A stretch of 26,691 nucleotides of DNA from a bacterium (lineage in GTDB: Bacteria > Hydrothermota > Tepidihabitantia > Tepidihabitantales > Tepidihabitantaceae): the NCBI GenBank assembly GCA_046485285.1, contig JAWOHE010000092.1:1-26691 (forward strand), read 5' to 3'. Positions within the stretch are counted from its first letter, which is position 1, and the number at the start of each line of letters is the position of its first letter. Of this stretch, positions 8,300-16,350 are shown in pieces. A program made the translations under genes and the position numbers. Under the pieces are notes generated by a model that saw only the letters and a program-made list of their open reading frames with translations, was not told the DNA's origin and ran no database searches.

Positions 8300-9655
8300 G
8301 TGGGCACCGCGCCTGCCGGTACCGGCCGCCTCTTGGCCTGCGCGGCCGCGGCCTGCATCTTGACGTCGTGCCGGGCCGCACCGGGCGACCGGGTCGTCGC
8401 GCGCGTGAACGGACAGGCGATAACCGTCAGCCGGCTGGGCCGGTCCCTGCCCCGGAAGGTGGACCCGGAGCGTGACAACCTCGCGCTGGTCCGGCGCAGC
8501 CTCGACAACATCATCGATCACGAGCTCCTCATCCAGGAGGCAGTCCGGCAGGGTCTTGACAGCGTCATCGAGTTCGAGCTGGAGCGGGCCCGGAAGGCGT
8601 TCGTCAGTCAGGAGCTGTACGCCGACGTCGTGAGCCCGGCCCGGGACGTAAGCGAAGCGGCGCTCGACAGCGCGTACCGTGGGCTCGGGGTCGAGCTTCA
8701 CCTCCGGGTCATCGAGGTCGAGCAGAAGAGCCTAGCCCGGCGGCTGGAGCGGGAGCTGGCCGCGGGCGAGCGGTTCGACTCGCTGGCAGCGCGCTGGTCG
8801 GAGCTTCCCAACGCGGCGGCGGGCGGCGACGCCGGCTGGATGCCGGCGGCCTGGGTCGAGGCGCCGGTGAAGGACGCGGTCGGGCGGCTCGAGCCGGGCG
8901 GGCACACGCCGGCGTTGCCGGTCTACGGCCGGTGGCAGATACTCCGGCTCGAGGACCGGCGCGAGGCCGACCCGCAGCCGCCGCCGCTCGAACAGATCGG
9001 CGGCGAGCTGACGGTGCGGTTCCGGCAGTTCCGCCAGCACGGGCTCGCGCAGGAGTACATGGCCGCGCTCCGGAAGCGGCTCCTGTTCCTGCCCGAGGGG
9101 CTCGCGCTCTGCGTCCGGCCGGCCGACTCGCTGACCGAAGCGGAGTTCGAGGCGCCGGTCGCGGTCCGGGACGGCCGGCAGTACGTCAAGGTTGGCCGGC
9201 TGATGCACCTGCTGCGCCGGTTCCCGCCCGCGCTCGACAGCGCGATGCGGAGCTACGCGGTCCGGCGCGAAGTCGAGGAGGACCTGATTTACGAGGACGG
9301 GCTCGCGCGCGGGCTCGACCGGCGGCCGGCGGTGCGCGACTCGCTTGACGCGCGCCGGCAGGCCCTGCTCTACGAGGCGCTGCACGCGCGGGTGGTCGCC
9401 GACCGGGGCGAGATCAGCGAGGCGGAGCTCCGCGAGCATTTCGAGGAGAACCGGGACCGGTACCCGGGCGTCGAGTTCGAGGGCGCGGCCGAGCACATCG
9501 CGGTGCGGCTCCGCAGCGAGCGGCGCCGGGCGGCCCGGCTCGCGTACGCGGCCGGGCTGCGCAGTCGGGCGAAGGTCAGGGTCGATGAGCGGGTCCTGCG
9601 GAGCATCAGGCAGGGCCCGGACGGTAAGTGGCAACTGGCAAAGGAGAAGCAGTGA
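8300..9655 (+). CDS. PpiC-type peptidylprolyl isomerase / PrsA-like foldase lipoprotein
   Basis: Lipobox-like LTSC; VVARVNGQAIT; LDNIIDHELLIQEAVRQGL; rotamase FDSLAARWSE...GGDAGW; C-terminal LRSRAKVRVDE. Confidence 0.85.
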   Translation: MGTAPAGTGRLLACAAAACILTSCRAAPGDRVVARVNGQAITVSRLGRSLPRKVDPERDNLALVRRSLDNIIDHELLIQEAVRQGLDSVIEFELERARKAFVSQELYADVVSPARDVSEAALDSAYRGLGVELHLRVIEVEQKSLARRLERELAAGERFDSLAARWSELPNAAAGGDAGWMPAAWVEAPVKDAVGRLEPGGHTPALPVYGRWQILRLEDRREADPQPPPLEQIGGELTVRFRQFRQHGLAQEYMAALRKRLLFLPEGLALCVRPADSLTEAEFEAPVAVRDGRQYVKVGRLMHLLRRFPPALDSAMRSYAVRREVEEDLIYEDGLARGLDRRPAVRDSLDARRQALLYEALHARVVADRGEISEAELREHFEENRDRYPGVEFEGAAEHIAVRLRSERRRAARLAYAAGLRSRAKVRVDERVLRSIRQGPDGKWQLAKEKQ

Positions 9656-9665
9656 GGAGAGGCAC

Positions 9666-10511
9666 GTGACTCGACAGACAGGGTTCGGATTACGCGCGGG
9701 GCTGGCGGCGGCCGCCTGCGCGTGCCTGCTCGCGGCGGGATGCCCGGAGAAGCCGACGGGCAAGGTGTTGGTGCAGGTGAACGACGACCGGCTCACCAAG
9801 GACGACCTCGCGGCGCTCGCGCCGGACGGGTTCGTGGTGACGCGCGAGAACCTGCCGAAGATACTCGACAAGTGGGTTTCGAACTCGCTGATGTACCAGG
9901 AGGCGGCGCGGCGCGGGCTCAGGGATGAGCCGAAGACGAAGGTCTACCTTCAGCGGCTCGAGCGCGACTATCTCGTCAACGAACTCCTGCGCAAGCTCAC
10001 CGATGGCGTCACGGTCGGCCAGGCCGAGATGCTCGATTACTTCAACGCCCACCGCGACGAGTTCGCGGAAGAGGTCAAGATAATGCGCATCGTCCTCGGC
10101 GACAGCCTGCTCGCGGTCCAGACGCTGGACGAGGTGCGACGGGGCGGGGACTTCAAGCGGCTCGCCCGCGAGCGCTCGCAGGACCAGCTCCTGCCCGGCG
10201 GCGAGGAATCGAGCTTCCTGCCGCGTGGCTTCGGCGACCCGCGCGGCGGCGGCGACCCGAAGCTTGAGGAGGCGATTTTTGCGCTCGGCCGGGGCGAGGT
10301 GTCGGACGTGATCGCGAGCCAGGAGGGGTTCCAGGTAATCAAGCTAGTTGACCGGCGCAAGGTCAAGGCCGAGGTCAGCTTCGCGGACGCGCAGGGCTAC
10401 ATCCAGGCGGTGCTGGCATACCGCAAGGGCGAGGCGGCGGTCGATTCGCTCCTGAGCGAGCTCCGGCGCGGGGCGAGCATCGAACTCCGGCCCGATGCGT
10501 ACTTCGAGTAG
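9666..10511 (+). CDS. PpiC-type peptidylprolyl isomerase lipoprotein
   Basis: GAGGAG RBS with GTG 9666; lipobox LAAGC; VLVQVND; FKRLARERSQD; AIFALGRGEVSDVIASQEGFQVIKL. Confidence 0.88.
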   Translation: MTRQTGFGLRAGLAAAACACLLAAGCPEKPTGKVLVQVNDDRLTKDDLAALAPDGFVVTRENLPKILDKWVSNSLMYQEAARRGLRDEPKTKVYLQRLERDYLVNELLRKLTDGVTVGQAEMLDYFNAHRDEFAEEVKIMRIVLGDSLLAVQTLDEVRRGGDFKRLARERSQDQLLPGGEESSFLPRGFGDPRGGGDPKLEEAIFALGRGEVSDVIASQEGFQVIKLVDRRKVKAEVSFADAQGYIQAVLAYRKGEAAVDSLLSELRRGASIELRPDAYFE

Positions 10512-11790
10512 GCCGGCCGTCGCACTGCTTGTGCTGGCGCTCGCCGCGACGGCGGGCGGCGCGGGCGCGGACTCGGTCGTCGCGGTGGTCGGCGAGACAG
10601 CGATCCTCGAGAGCGAGCTGAGCCAGGCGGCCGACTTCTATCGGCTCGCGGCGATGGACTCGGTCACGCCCGCCGCGGTCCTGCGCGAGCAGACCCTCGC
10701 GAGCCTCGTCAGCAACCTCCTGCTCGAGGCGCTCGCGCGGCAGGACACGCTCTCGGTCACGCGCGAGGAAGTCGCGGCCGGGGTCGAGGAGCAGTTGGCG
10801 CGCCTGCGCGAGCGGTTCGAGACGGCCGATGAGTTCCGGGCCGCGCTGGCGGCCGAGGGGCTGTCCGAGCGGGACCTGCGCCGGCGCTACGAGGACGACG
10901 TCCAGCGCCAGCTCCTGTCGCGGAAGCTGCTCGAGAAGGAAGGGCTGACCGAGGTCTACGTCCCGCCGTCCGAGGCGGAGCGGTTCTACAACGAGCGCCG
11001 GGACTCGATCGCCCGGGTGCCGGGGCGGGTGGCGCTGGCCCACATCCTGGTCGCGGTCGAGCCGGCGGAGGCGGCCGAGGCCGAGGCCCGCCGGCGTGCC
11101 TCCGAGGTGCTCGACATCCTGGCCCGGGGCGGCGATTTCGGGGTCGTCGCCGGTTCGTTCTCGGACGACGCGCCGACGCGCGGCCAGGGCGGCGACCGGG
11201 GCTGGCGCGAGCTTGCCGAACTGCCGCCGGACATCGCGATGGTCGCGGACCAGCTCCAGCCCGGCCAGGTGTCGCCGCCGTTCCGGGGGATCGAGGGCTA
11301 CCAGGTCGTCAGGCTCGAGGCCAGGTCCGGCGACCGGGTCCGCCTGCGCACGATCCTGCTCAGGGTCGCGGTCGGCCGGGCCGACACCCTGCGCGCCCGC
11401 AACCGGGCGCTCGAGCTGAGGCGGCTGGCGCTCGAAGGCGCGGCCTTTGACTCGCTCGCGCGCCTCAGGTCGGACGACCCGGCGACCGCTCAGGAGGGCG
11501 GGTTCCTCGGCGAGTTCCTGCTCGAGGGGCTGAGCGCGCCGTTCGACACGGTCGTGGCCGGGCTCGACTCGGGCGCGGTATCCGAGCCGGTCCGGTCCGA
11601 GCACGGGCTCCACCTCGTCAAGGTTCTGGCCCGGGAGGACGAGCGGGTGATGAGCTATCTCGAGATGCAGGAGGTCATCCGTAACTACCTGCAACAGCAG
11701 AAGCTTGCGGCCCGGCTCGACGACTACCTCGCCCGCCGGTCGGACCGGGTGTTCGTGATGTGGCTCGACGGGGACCGCCGGCTCCCCTGA
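10495..11790 (+). CDS. surA: SurA-like periplasmic chaperone with two PpiC domains
   Basis: Signal peptide; SurA_N-like DSVVAVVGETAILESEL; two rotamase domains (HILV...FGVVAGSFSDD...GGDRGW and FDSLARLRSDD...GGFLG...SEPVRSEHGLHLVKV). Confidence 0.85.
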   Translation: MRTSSRPAVALLVLALAATAGGAGADSVVAVVGETAILESELSQAADFYRLAAMDSVTPAAVLREQTLASLVSNLLLEALARQDTLSVTREEVAAGVEEQLARLRERFETADEFRAALAAEGLSERDLRRRYEDDVQRQLLSRKLLEKEGLTEVYVPPSEAERFYNERRDSIARVPGRVALAHILVAVEPAEAAEAEARRRASEVLDILARGGDFGVVAGSFSDDAPTRGQGGDRGWRELAELPPDIAMVADQLQPGQVSPPFRGIEGYQVVRLEARSGDRVRLRTILLRVAVGRADTLRARNRALELRRLALEGAAFDSLARLRSDDPATAQEGGFLGEFLLEGLSAPFDTVVAGLDSGAVSEPVRSEHGLHLVKVLAREDERVMSYLEMQEVIRNYLQQQKLAARLDDYLARRSDRVFVMWLDGDRRLP

Positions 11791-11829
11791 CATCCGGAGC
11801 GCCTGCGCCGCGCGGGCAGGCGTTGAAAG

Positions 11830-11862
11830 CGTCGCGGGGGCGCTTTGGGCGCCCCCGCGACG
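11830..11862. terminator. GC-rich hairpin between convergent genes, probably a bidirectional terminator
   Basis: Perfect 14-bp stem CGTCGCGGGGGCGC / GCGCCCCCGCGACG with a 5-nt loop; only a short U-run on the minus strand. Confidence 0.6.
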
Positions 11863-11888
11863 TAACCCACCTCTGCTCGTGGCCCCAG

Positions 11889-12110
11889 TCAGATGTCTGC
11901 GCGGCCAGGGTCAGCCGGCCGCTCGCAGTCAAGCATCTCGTAGGTGGCCTGCATCCGGTCCTGGTAGATCCCGACCGCCTCCTCGCTTTCGATGGTCGGT
12001 CGCAGCCCGTCCCCGGCAACGGCGACCGCCCGCGAGGTGACCATCCCGCCCACTACCAGCAGGCCGCCGGCGAGGGCGAGGAGAATCCAGATCGAGGTTG
12101 TCCTGAGCAT
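11889..12110 (-). CDS. Small exported or membrane-anchored hypothetical protein (73 aa), paralog of 12141-12356
   Basis: GGAGG RBS before ATG 12110; N-terminal hydrophobic helix; motif EEAVGIYQDRMQATYEML. Confidence 0.7.
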   Translation of the reverse strand: MLRTTSIWILLALAGGLLVVGGMVTSRAVAVAGDGLRPTIESEEAVGIYQDRMQATYEMLDCERPADPGRADI

Positions 12111-12140
12111 CTCAGCCTCCTCCGTTTTCACGGTACCCGC

Positions 12141-12356
12141 CTAGCGAGTCCAACTGACCGACAGGCCGTCCTCGTCGTGCATCAGCCGGTCGGTTTCCTG
12201 CATCCGCTGCCGGTAGATCTTCGCGCCGTCTTCCGGCGCGACGCCGCGGCCCTCGTGGCGCTCGGCCGCGTGAGCCTCGCGGAGCATCCGGGCACCGGTC
12301 AGTATCAGTCCGAGCGCGAGGGCCAGCAGTGCGGTCTTCAGCATCCAGCTTTTCAT
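12141..12356 (-). CDS. Small exported or membrane-anchored hypothetical protein (71 aa), paralog of 11889-12110
   Basis: AAGGAG RBS 6 nt before ATG 12356; N-terminal hydrophobic helix and AHA site; motif EDGAKIYRQRMQETDRLM. Confidence 0.72.
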   Translation of the reverse strand: MKSWMLKTALLALALGLILTGARMLREAHAAERHEGRGVAPEDGAKIYRQRMQETDRLMHDEDGLSVSWTR

Positions 12357-12391
12357 CACATACTCCTTTTTGCTTGCGGACGACCGAACTA

Positions 12392-12409
12392 ATGCACACT
12401 CTGTGCCAG
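12392..12409 (-). promoter_or_regulatory. sigma54 (RpoN) -24/-12 promoter
   Basis: Minus strand CTGGCACAGAGTGTGCAT, close to the TGGCAC-N5-TTGCW consensus, about 25 nt upstream of the RBS of the small-gene pair. Confidence 0.72.
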
Positions 12410-12560
12410 ATGCCTACCCAGACAGTAAGTGTCATTTCTACAATATGTTATCGTGACAGCCGGGTCCTTGAGGGTTCTGTGTGCACTCGGACGGTGAGAC
12501 ACTCGACGAGTCGTAGAGACGCCTCCCTTCGACCAAGCTATTGCCCTACAGTGATTTATG

Positions 12561-12585
12561 GTGTGTCTCGTCAAATGAGACACAC
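12561..12585. promoter_or_regulatory. Palindromic operator or candidate enhancer-binding-protein UAS
   Basis: Perfect 9-bp inverted repeat GTGTGTCTC-gtcaaat-GAGACACAC, about 150-175 bp upstream of the sigma54 promoter and about 70 bp upstream of the divergent sigma70 -35. Confidence 0.55.
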
Positions 12586-12653
12586 AAGAGGTGCGTGGCA
12601 CAGGTGTCAGAGCCTCGGACAGCCGCCGCCGGGTCGGCTGAGACGGAAAAGCC

Positions 12654-12682
12654 TTGACTCCGTGCGGCCGGAAAGGCATAAT
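12654..12682 (+). promoter_or_regulatory. sigma70-type promoter of the FG-GAP gene
   Basis: TTGACT-N17-CATAAT about 80 nt upstream of ATG 12764. Confidence 0.65.
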
Positions 12683-12763
12683 CCAGTTGACACGACACTC
12701 GCGCCCGGTGCCATCGCGGAGCACCCGCGCGAGGAGACAGTGAGTTCGTCAACAGGAGGAACG

Positions 12764-13981
12764 ATGAGACGGTTGAGAGCAGTGGTGATGATCGGGCTTG
12801 CGGTGGCGCTGCCGGCTGCCGCCCAGGTCCCGCGCTTCCGCGCTGCGGAGCGAATCTCGTCCGGCGGCGTGCCGATCGACCTCGGGTACTACACCGCTCC
12901 GGTGATGTTCGACTGGAACGAGGACGGGCGGAAGGATATGGTCGTCGGCCAGTTCTCCTACGGCCACATCGCGTTCTTCGAGAACGTCGGCGACGACTCG
13001 GCGCCCGAGTTCGCGAGCCACGAGTACCTTCAGGCCAGCGGCCAGGTCATCCAGCTTCCCTACGGCTGATGCATGGGCTCGAGTCCACAGGTCGTGGACT
13101 GGAACTCGGACGGCATCCCGGACATCATCTCTGGCGACCGCAACGGCTACTTCAACGTCTTCATCCGCGACTCGCTGGGCGGGCTCGCGGCTCACATGCA
13201 GTACCGGCTCCTCGACTCGTTGGTCTGGGACGTCGGCTACAACTCCCAGCCGGCGGTGTTCGACTGGGACAACGACGGCAGGAAGGATGTCATTATCGGC
13301 AACGAGAGCTATGAGGTGCGGCTCTACCTCAACCAGGCGACGGACACCTGGCCGCTGTTCCAAGACTACGAACTGGTGACCGCCGGCGGCCAGGCGATAC
13401 GTTTCTACCGAGGCAACCCCTACGTCTTCGACCTCGACCGCGACGGGCTCGATGACCTGATCGTCGGCGAGAACAACGGCTGGGTGCACTTCTTCCGCAA
13501 CGTCGGCAGCATCGGGGCGCCGGGGTTCGCGGCGGGCGAGACGCTCAAGCTCGAAGACGGCTCGCCGCTCCGCTACAACCTCGGCAACTACTACGGCTCG
13601 CGGTGCGGGTTCGGGGACTGGAACAACGACGGGGTCCCGGATTTCCTGCTCGGCACCTACGAGGGCCACGTCGCGCTCTACCTCGGCATCGAAGAAACCG
13701 GCGTCGAGGAGGAACGTCAGGCCGCGGTCGGCAGGTTCGAGGCCGGGCCGGTACCGGGTCGGTCGGTCCGGTTCAGCCTCACGCTCAGCCGGCCGGGACG
13801 GCTCGGAGTGCTCGACGCCGCCGGCAGGGTCGTCCGCCGCTTTGCGGTGGCCGGGGGCGAGGCAAGCCTGGCTTGGGACGGGACCGACGAAAGCGGCGCC
13901 CGGCTCGCGGCCGGCGCCTACTTCGCCCGGCTCAACGTCGGCGGGCAAACCAGGACCGTGCGGTTGATGCTGACCGACTGA
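12764..13981 (+). CDS. Secreted FG-GAP/VCBS-repeat beta-propeller protein with C-terminal FlgD/T9SS-type domain; candidate selenoprotein (in-frame TGA at 13067-13069, codon 102, U-C motif), 405 aa
   Basis: AGGAGG RBS, signal peptide MRRLRAVVMIGLAVALPAAA; five DW/DL-N-x-DG-x-x-D repeats; track ORFs 12329-13069 and 13073-13981 share one frame, joined by TGA-TGC (QLPYG-U-C-MGSSPQVVDWNSDG); SECIS-like hairpin downstream; C-terminal WDGTDESGARLAAGAYF. Confidence 0.82.
13070..13103 (+). promoter_or_regulatory. Candidate bacterial SECIS element
   Basis: Perfect 7-bp stem AGTCCAC (13082-13088)/GTGGACT (13094-13100) with loop AGGTC; loop starts 19 nt after the TGA and has G at position 2; resembles the E. 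coli fdhF apical loop AGGUCU. Confidence 0.72.
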
Positions 13982-14067
13982 GGGCCAATTCGCCTCAAAC
14001 GGCTGTGTTTCAACAGCTTAGCTGACCTCAGGACGGTCGCGACCGCAGCCGGGGCGGTTTTCGGCTA

Positions 14068-14095
14068 TTGACAAACCTAGCGGTCCGGGTATATT
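14068..14095 (+). promoter_or_regulatory. sigma70-type promoter of the GT2 operon
   Basis: TTGACA-N16-TATATT; IHF-like TTTCAACAGCTTA at 14008-14020 upstream. Confidence 0.6.
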
Positions 14096-14146
14096 CTGGC
14101 TGACCGTTTGTCGAGAGCCGCGCCCGCTGCGGTTGACAGCCGGATA

Positions 14147-15160
14147 ATGGAACATCTAGAGCAGAACGAAGTGCCTGCCCAGGACGGGACAGCGCAGTCC
14201 GCGGCCGGGCCGGTGCCGGTCGAGCTGTCGATAATCGTCCCGGCCTACAACGAGGCCGAGAACCTGGAGCCGCTGCTGGCCGAGGTGGTCGAGAAGATGG
14301 CCCCCGGGTACGAGGTCATCCTGGTCGACGACGGCTCGACCGACCGGACCTGGGAAGCCGCGCTCGCGCTGGCGCAGAAGTACCCGTTCCTGGTCGCCCG
14401 CCGGCACCGGAGGAACATCGGCAAGACCGCGGCGATCGTGACCGGGCTTTCGGCCGCGCGCGGGAGCATCATCACCATCCTCGACGCGGACCTGCAGTTC
14501 GACCCGGACGACGTCACTCGCCAGCTCGCGAAGCTCAGGGAGGGGTTCGACCTCGTGACCGGCGAGAAGCGCGGCCATTACGAGAAGCGGTTCGTCTCCG
14601 GGGTCTACAACGGCCTGGCGCGGCTGCTGTTCAAGCTCCGGGTGAAGGACATGAATTCGCTCAAGACCTTCCGGCGCGAGGTGCTGGAAGGCGTCCACCT
14701 GCGCAAGGACTGGCACCGCTACATTGTCCCGCTGGCCGCGGCGCGGGGGTTCTCGGTGACCGAGATACCGGTCCTGCTCCGACCGCGGCTCCACGGCGTG
14801 CCGAAGTACGGGGGGGCGGCCCGGATGTTCGTCGGGTTCTTCGACCTCGTCGCGGTCGGGTTCCAGCTCACGTTCGTCCGCAAGCCGATGCTCTACTTCG
14901 GGACGCTCGGCACGGTCGCGCTCGGGACCGGTTTCCTTCTCGGCCTCCTCGCGGTCGTCCTGCGGCTGTTCGGGCACGGTTTCCGGCCACTGTTGTACCT
15001 TGTGATGCTGCTGGTGCTGGCCGGCATCCTGTTCTTCGCGGCCGGGTTCCTGGGCGAGTCGCTGGCGATGCTGGGCGACCGACTGGACGGCATCGAGCGG
15101 CGGCTCGGGCAGGGCGAAGGTGGAGGAAGGACCGAGGACGGGAGACGGGGGACGGAATAG
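14147..15160 (+). CDS. Glycosyltransferase family 2, polyprenol-phosphate glycosyltransferase (ArnC/Dpm1-like)
   Basis: LSIIVPAYNEAENL, VDDGSTD, RNIGKTAA, LDADLQ (DxD), HRYI, two C-terminal TM helices. Confidence 0.92.
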   Translation: MEHLEQNEVPAQDGTAQSAAGPVPVELSIIVPAYNEAENLEPLLAEVVEKMAPGYEVILVDDGSTDRTWEAALALAQKYPFLVARRHRRNIGKTAAIVTGLSAARGSIITILDADLQFDPDDVTRQLAKLREGFDLVTGEKRGHYEKRFVSGVYNGLARLLFKLRVKDMNSLKTFRREVLEGVHLRKDWHRYIVPLAAARGFSVTEIPVLLRPRLHGVPKYGGAARMFVGFFDLVAVGFQLTFVRKPMLYFGTLGTVALGTGFLLGLLAVVLRLFGHGFRPLLYLVMLLVLAGILFFAAGFLGESLAMLGDRLDGIERRLGQGEGGGRTEDGRRGTE

Positions 15161-15177
15161 CACGCGCGGCAGCGAAG

Positions 15178-16350
15178 GTGGTCGGGCGCGCGCTCCTGTC
15201 GGCGGTCCTGCTTGGGCTCCTGCTCTGGATCTTCCGCGAGAAGCTTCCGGAGGTCGGCAGGGCGATTCGCGGGGTCAGGGCCTGGCCGCTGGTGATGGCC
15301 GCCGGGTGGTACGTCGCGTTCATCGTCATCTCGAGCTGGCGCTGGCAGGTTCTGCTGGCGGCACGCGGGCTCAGGTTCTCGACCTGGTATCTCGCCCGGG
15401 TGTTCACGCTGTCGCTGTTCTTCTGCAAGCTCCTGCCGACGTCGATCGGCGGCGATGTTTTCCGCATCACCTACACCGCGGGCCGGAACCGCGGCGCGGA
15501 CGCGCTCTCGGCAACCCTGCTCGACCGGCTGATCGGTTTCGTGAGCCTCCTGTTTCTCGCGGTGGTCGTGTCGCTGGGGCTGTTCGCCCTGAGCCCGGAG
15601 GCGCGTGCGCTGGAGCTGCCGGTCGCCGGCATCACCTTCCGCGGGGCCGGGGTCGCCCTGCCGCTCGCGGCCGGGCTGGTCCTGCTGGTGCTGGTCACGC
15701 TTGCGTTCCTGAGCGACACCGCGCACCGGCTGGCGATGCGGGCGTTCGGGCGGGTCCGGTTCCTCCGGCTCGGCGAGCGGGTCGACCGGGCCTACACCGC
15801 CGTGAAGTCCTACCGCGACCGGCCGCGGGCGCTGGCGCTGAGTTTCCTGTCCGGCATCGGGGTGCAGGCGGCGCTCGCCGCGAGCTGGGCGAGCGTCGCG
15901 GCCGCGCTCGGCGGCACGGTGCCGGCGGTCTACTACTTCGTGTTCATACCGCTCCTGAACATCGTCGTCAACATCCCGACGATCGGCGGGCTGGGCGTGC
16001 GGGAATGGGCGTTCGTGCTGTTTTTTACGCCCGGCTGGCTGGCTGGCCGCCTGCCCGAGGAGCTGGCGCTGGCGACCGCGTTGCTGTTCCTGGCGCTGGA
16101 CCTGGCGTTCGCGCTGGCCGGCGGGGTGGTTTTCGCGGTGATGCGCCCGGCGGCCCCCGGCCGCCGGGAAGCCGCGCCTTCGGCGCGGAACGGAGACAGA
16201 ATTCCTTCAAGATTCAGAAACGGACTCCCGGCGCGTGCCGCGCCAGCAGTTCCCAGCACCGGGAGCGAGAGTTTGTCCGCAACGGGCGCAAAGGAGGACG
16301 GAGATGCAACCGGACATCAGTCCCGGGTCGTACCCGACACCCAGGCCTAA
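15178..16350 (+). CDS. Lysylphosphatidylglycerol synthase TM domain / flippase-like membrane protein (UPF0104)
   Basis: WRWQVLL, LLPTSIGGDVFR, LLDRLIG, IPTIGGLGVREWAFV; multiple TM helices; start approximate; low-complexity tail overlaps hisC. Confidence 0.85.
   Translation: MVGRALLSAVLLGLLLWIFREKLPEVGRAIRGVRAWPLVMAAGWYVAFIVISSWRWQVLLAARGLRFSTWYLARVFTLSLFFCKLLPTSIGGDVFRITYTAGRNRGADALSATLLDRLIGFVSLLFLAVVVSLGLFALSPEARALELPVAGITFRGAGVALPLAAGLVLLVLVTLAFLSDTAHRLAMRAFGRVRFLRLGERVDRAYTAVKSYRDRPRALALSFLSGIGVQAALAASWASVAAALGGTVPAVYYFVFIPLLNIVVNIPTIGGLGVREWAFVLFFTPGWLAGRLPEELALATALLFLALDLAFALAGGVVFAVMRPAAPGRREAAPSARNGDRIPSRFRNGLPARAAPAVPSTGSESLSATGAKEDGDATGHQSRVVPDTQA

Noticed and set aside
13067-13069. 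Genome-wide TGA reassignment (code 4/25) as the explanation for the in-frame TGA
   Set aside because: TGA terminates many intact genes here (C25 peptidase, surA, hisC, aminotransferase, DUF4126), and no other intact gene shows an internal TGA.
13069-13314. 81-aa ORF starting in the TGATG overlap, as a translationally coupled gene
   Set aside because: It is an out-of-frame shadow of the FG-GAP repeats with Arg/Gly-rich non-protein-like composition.
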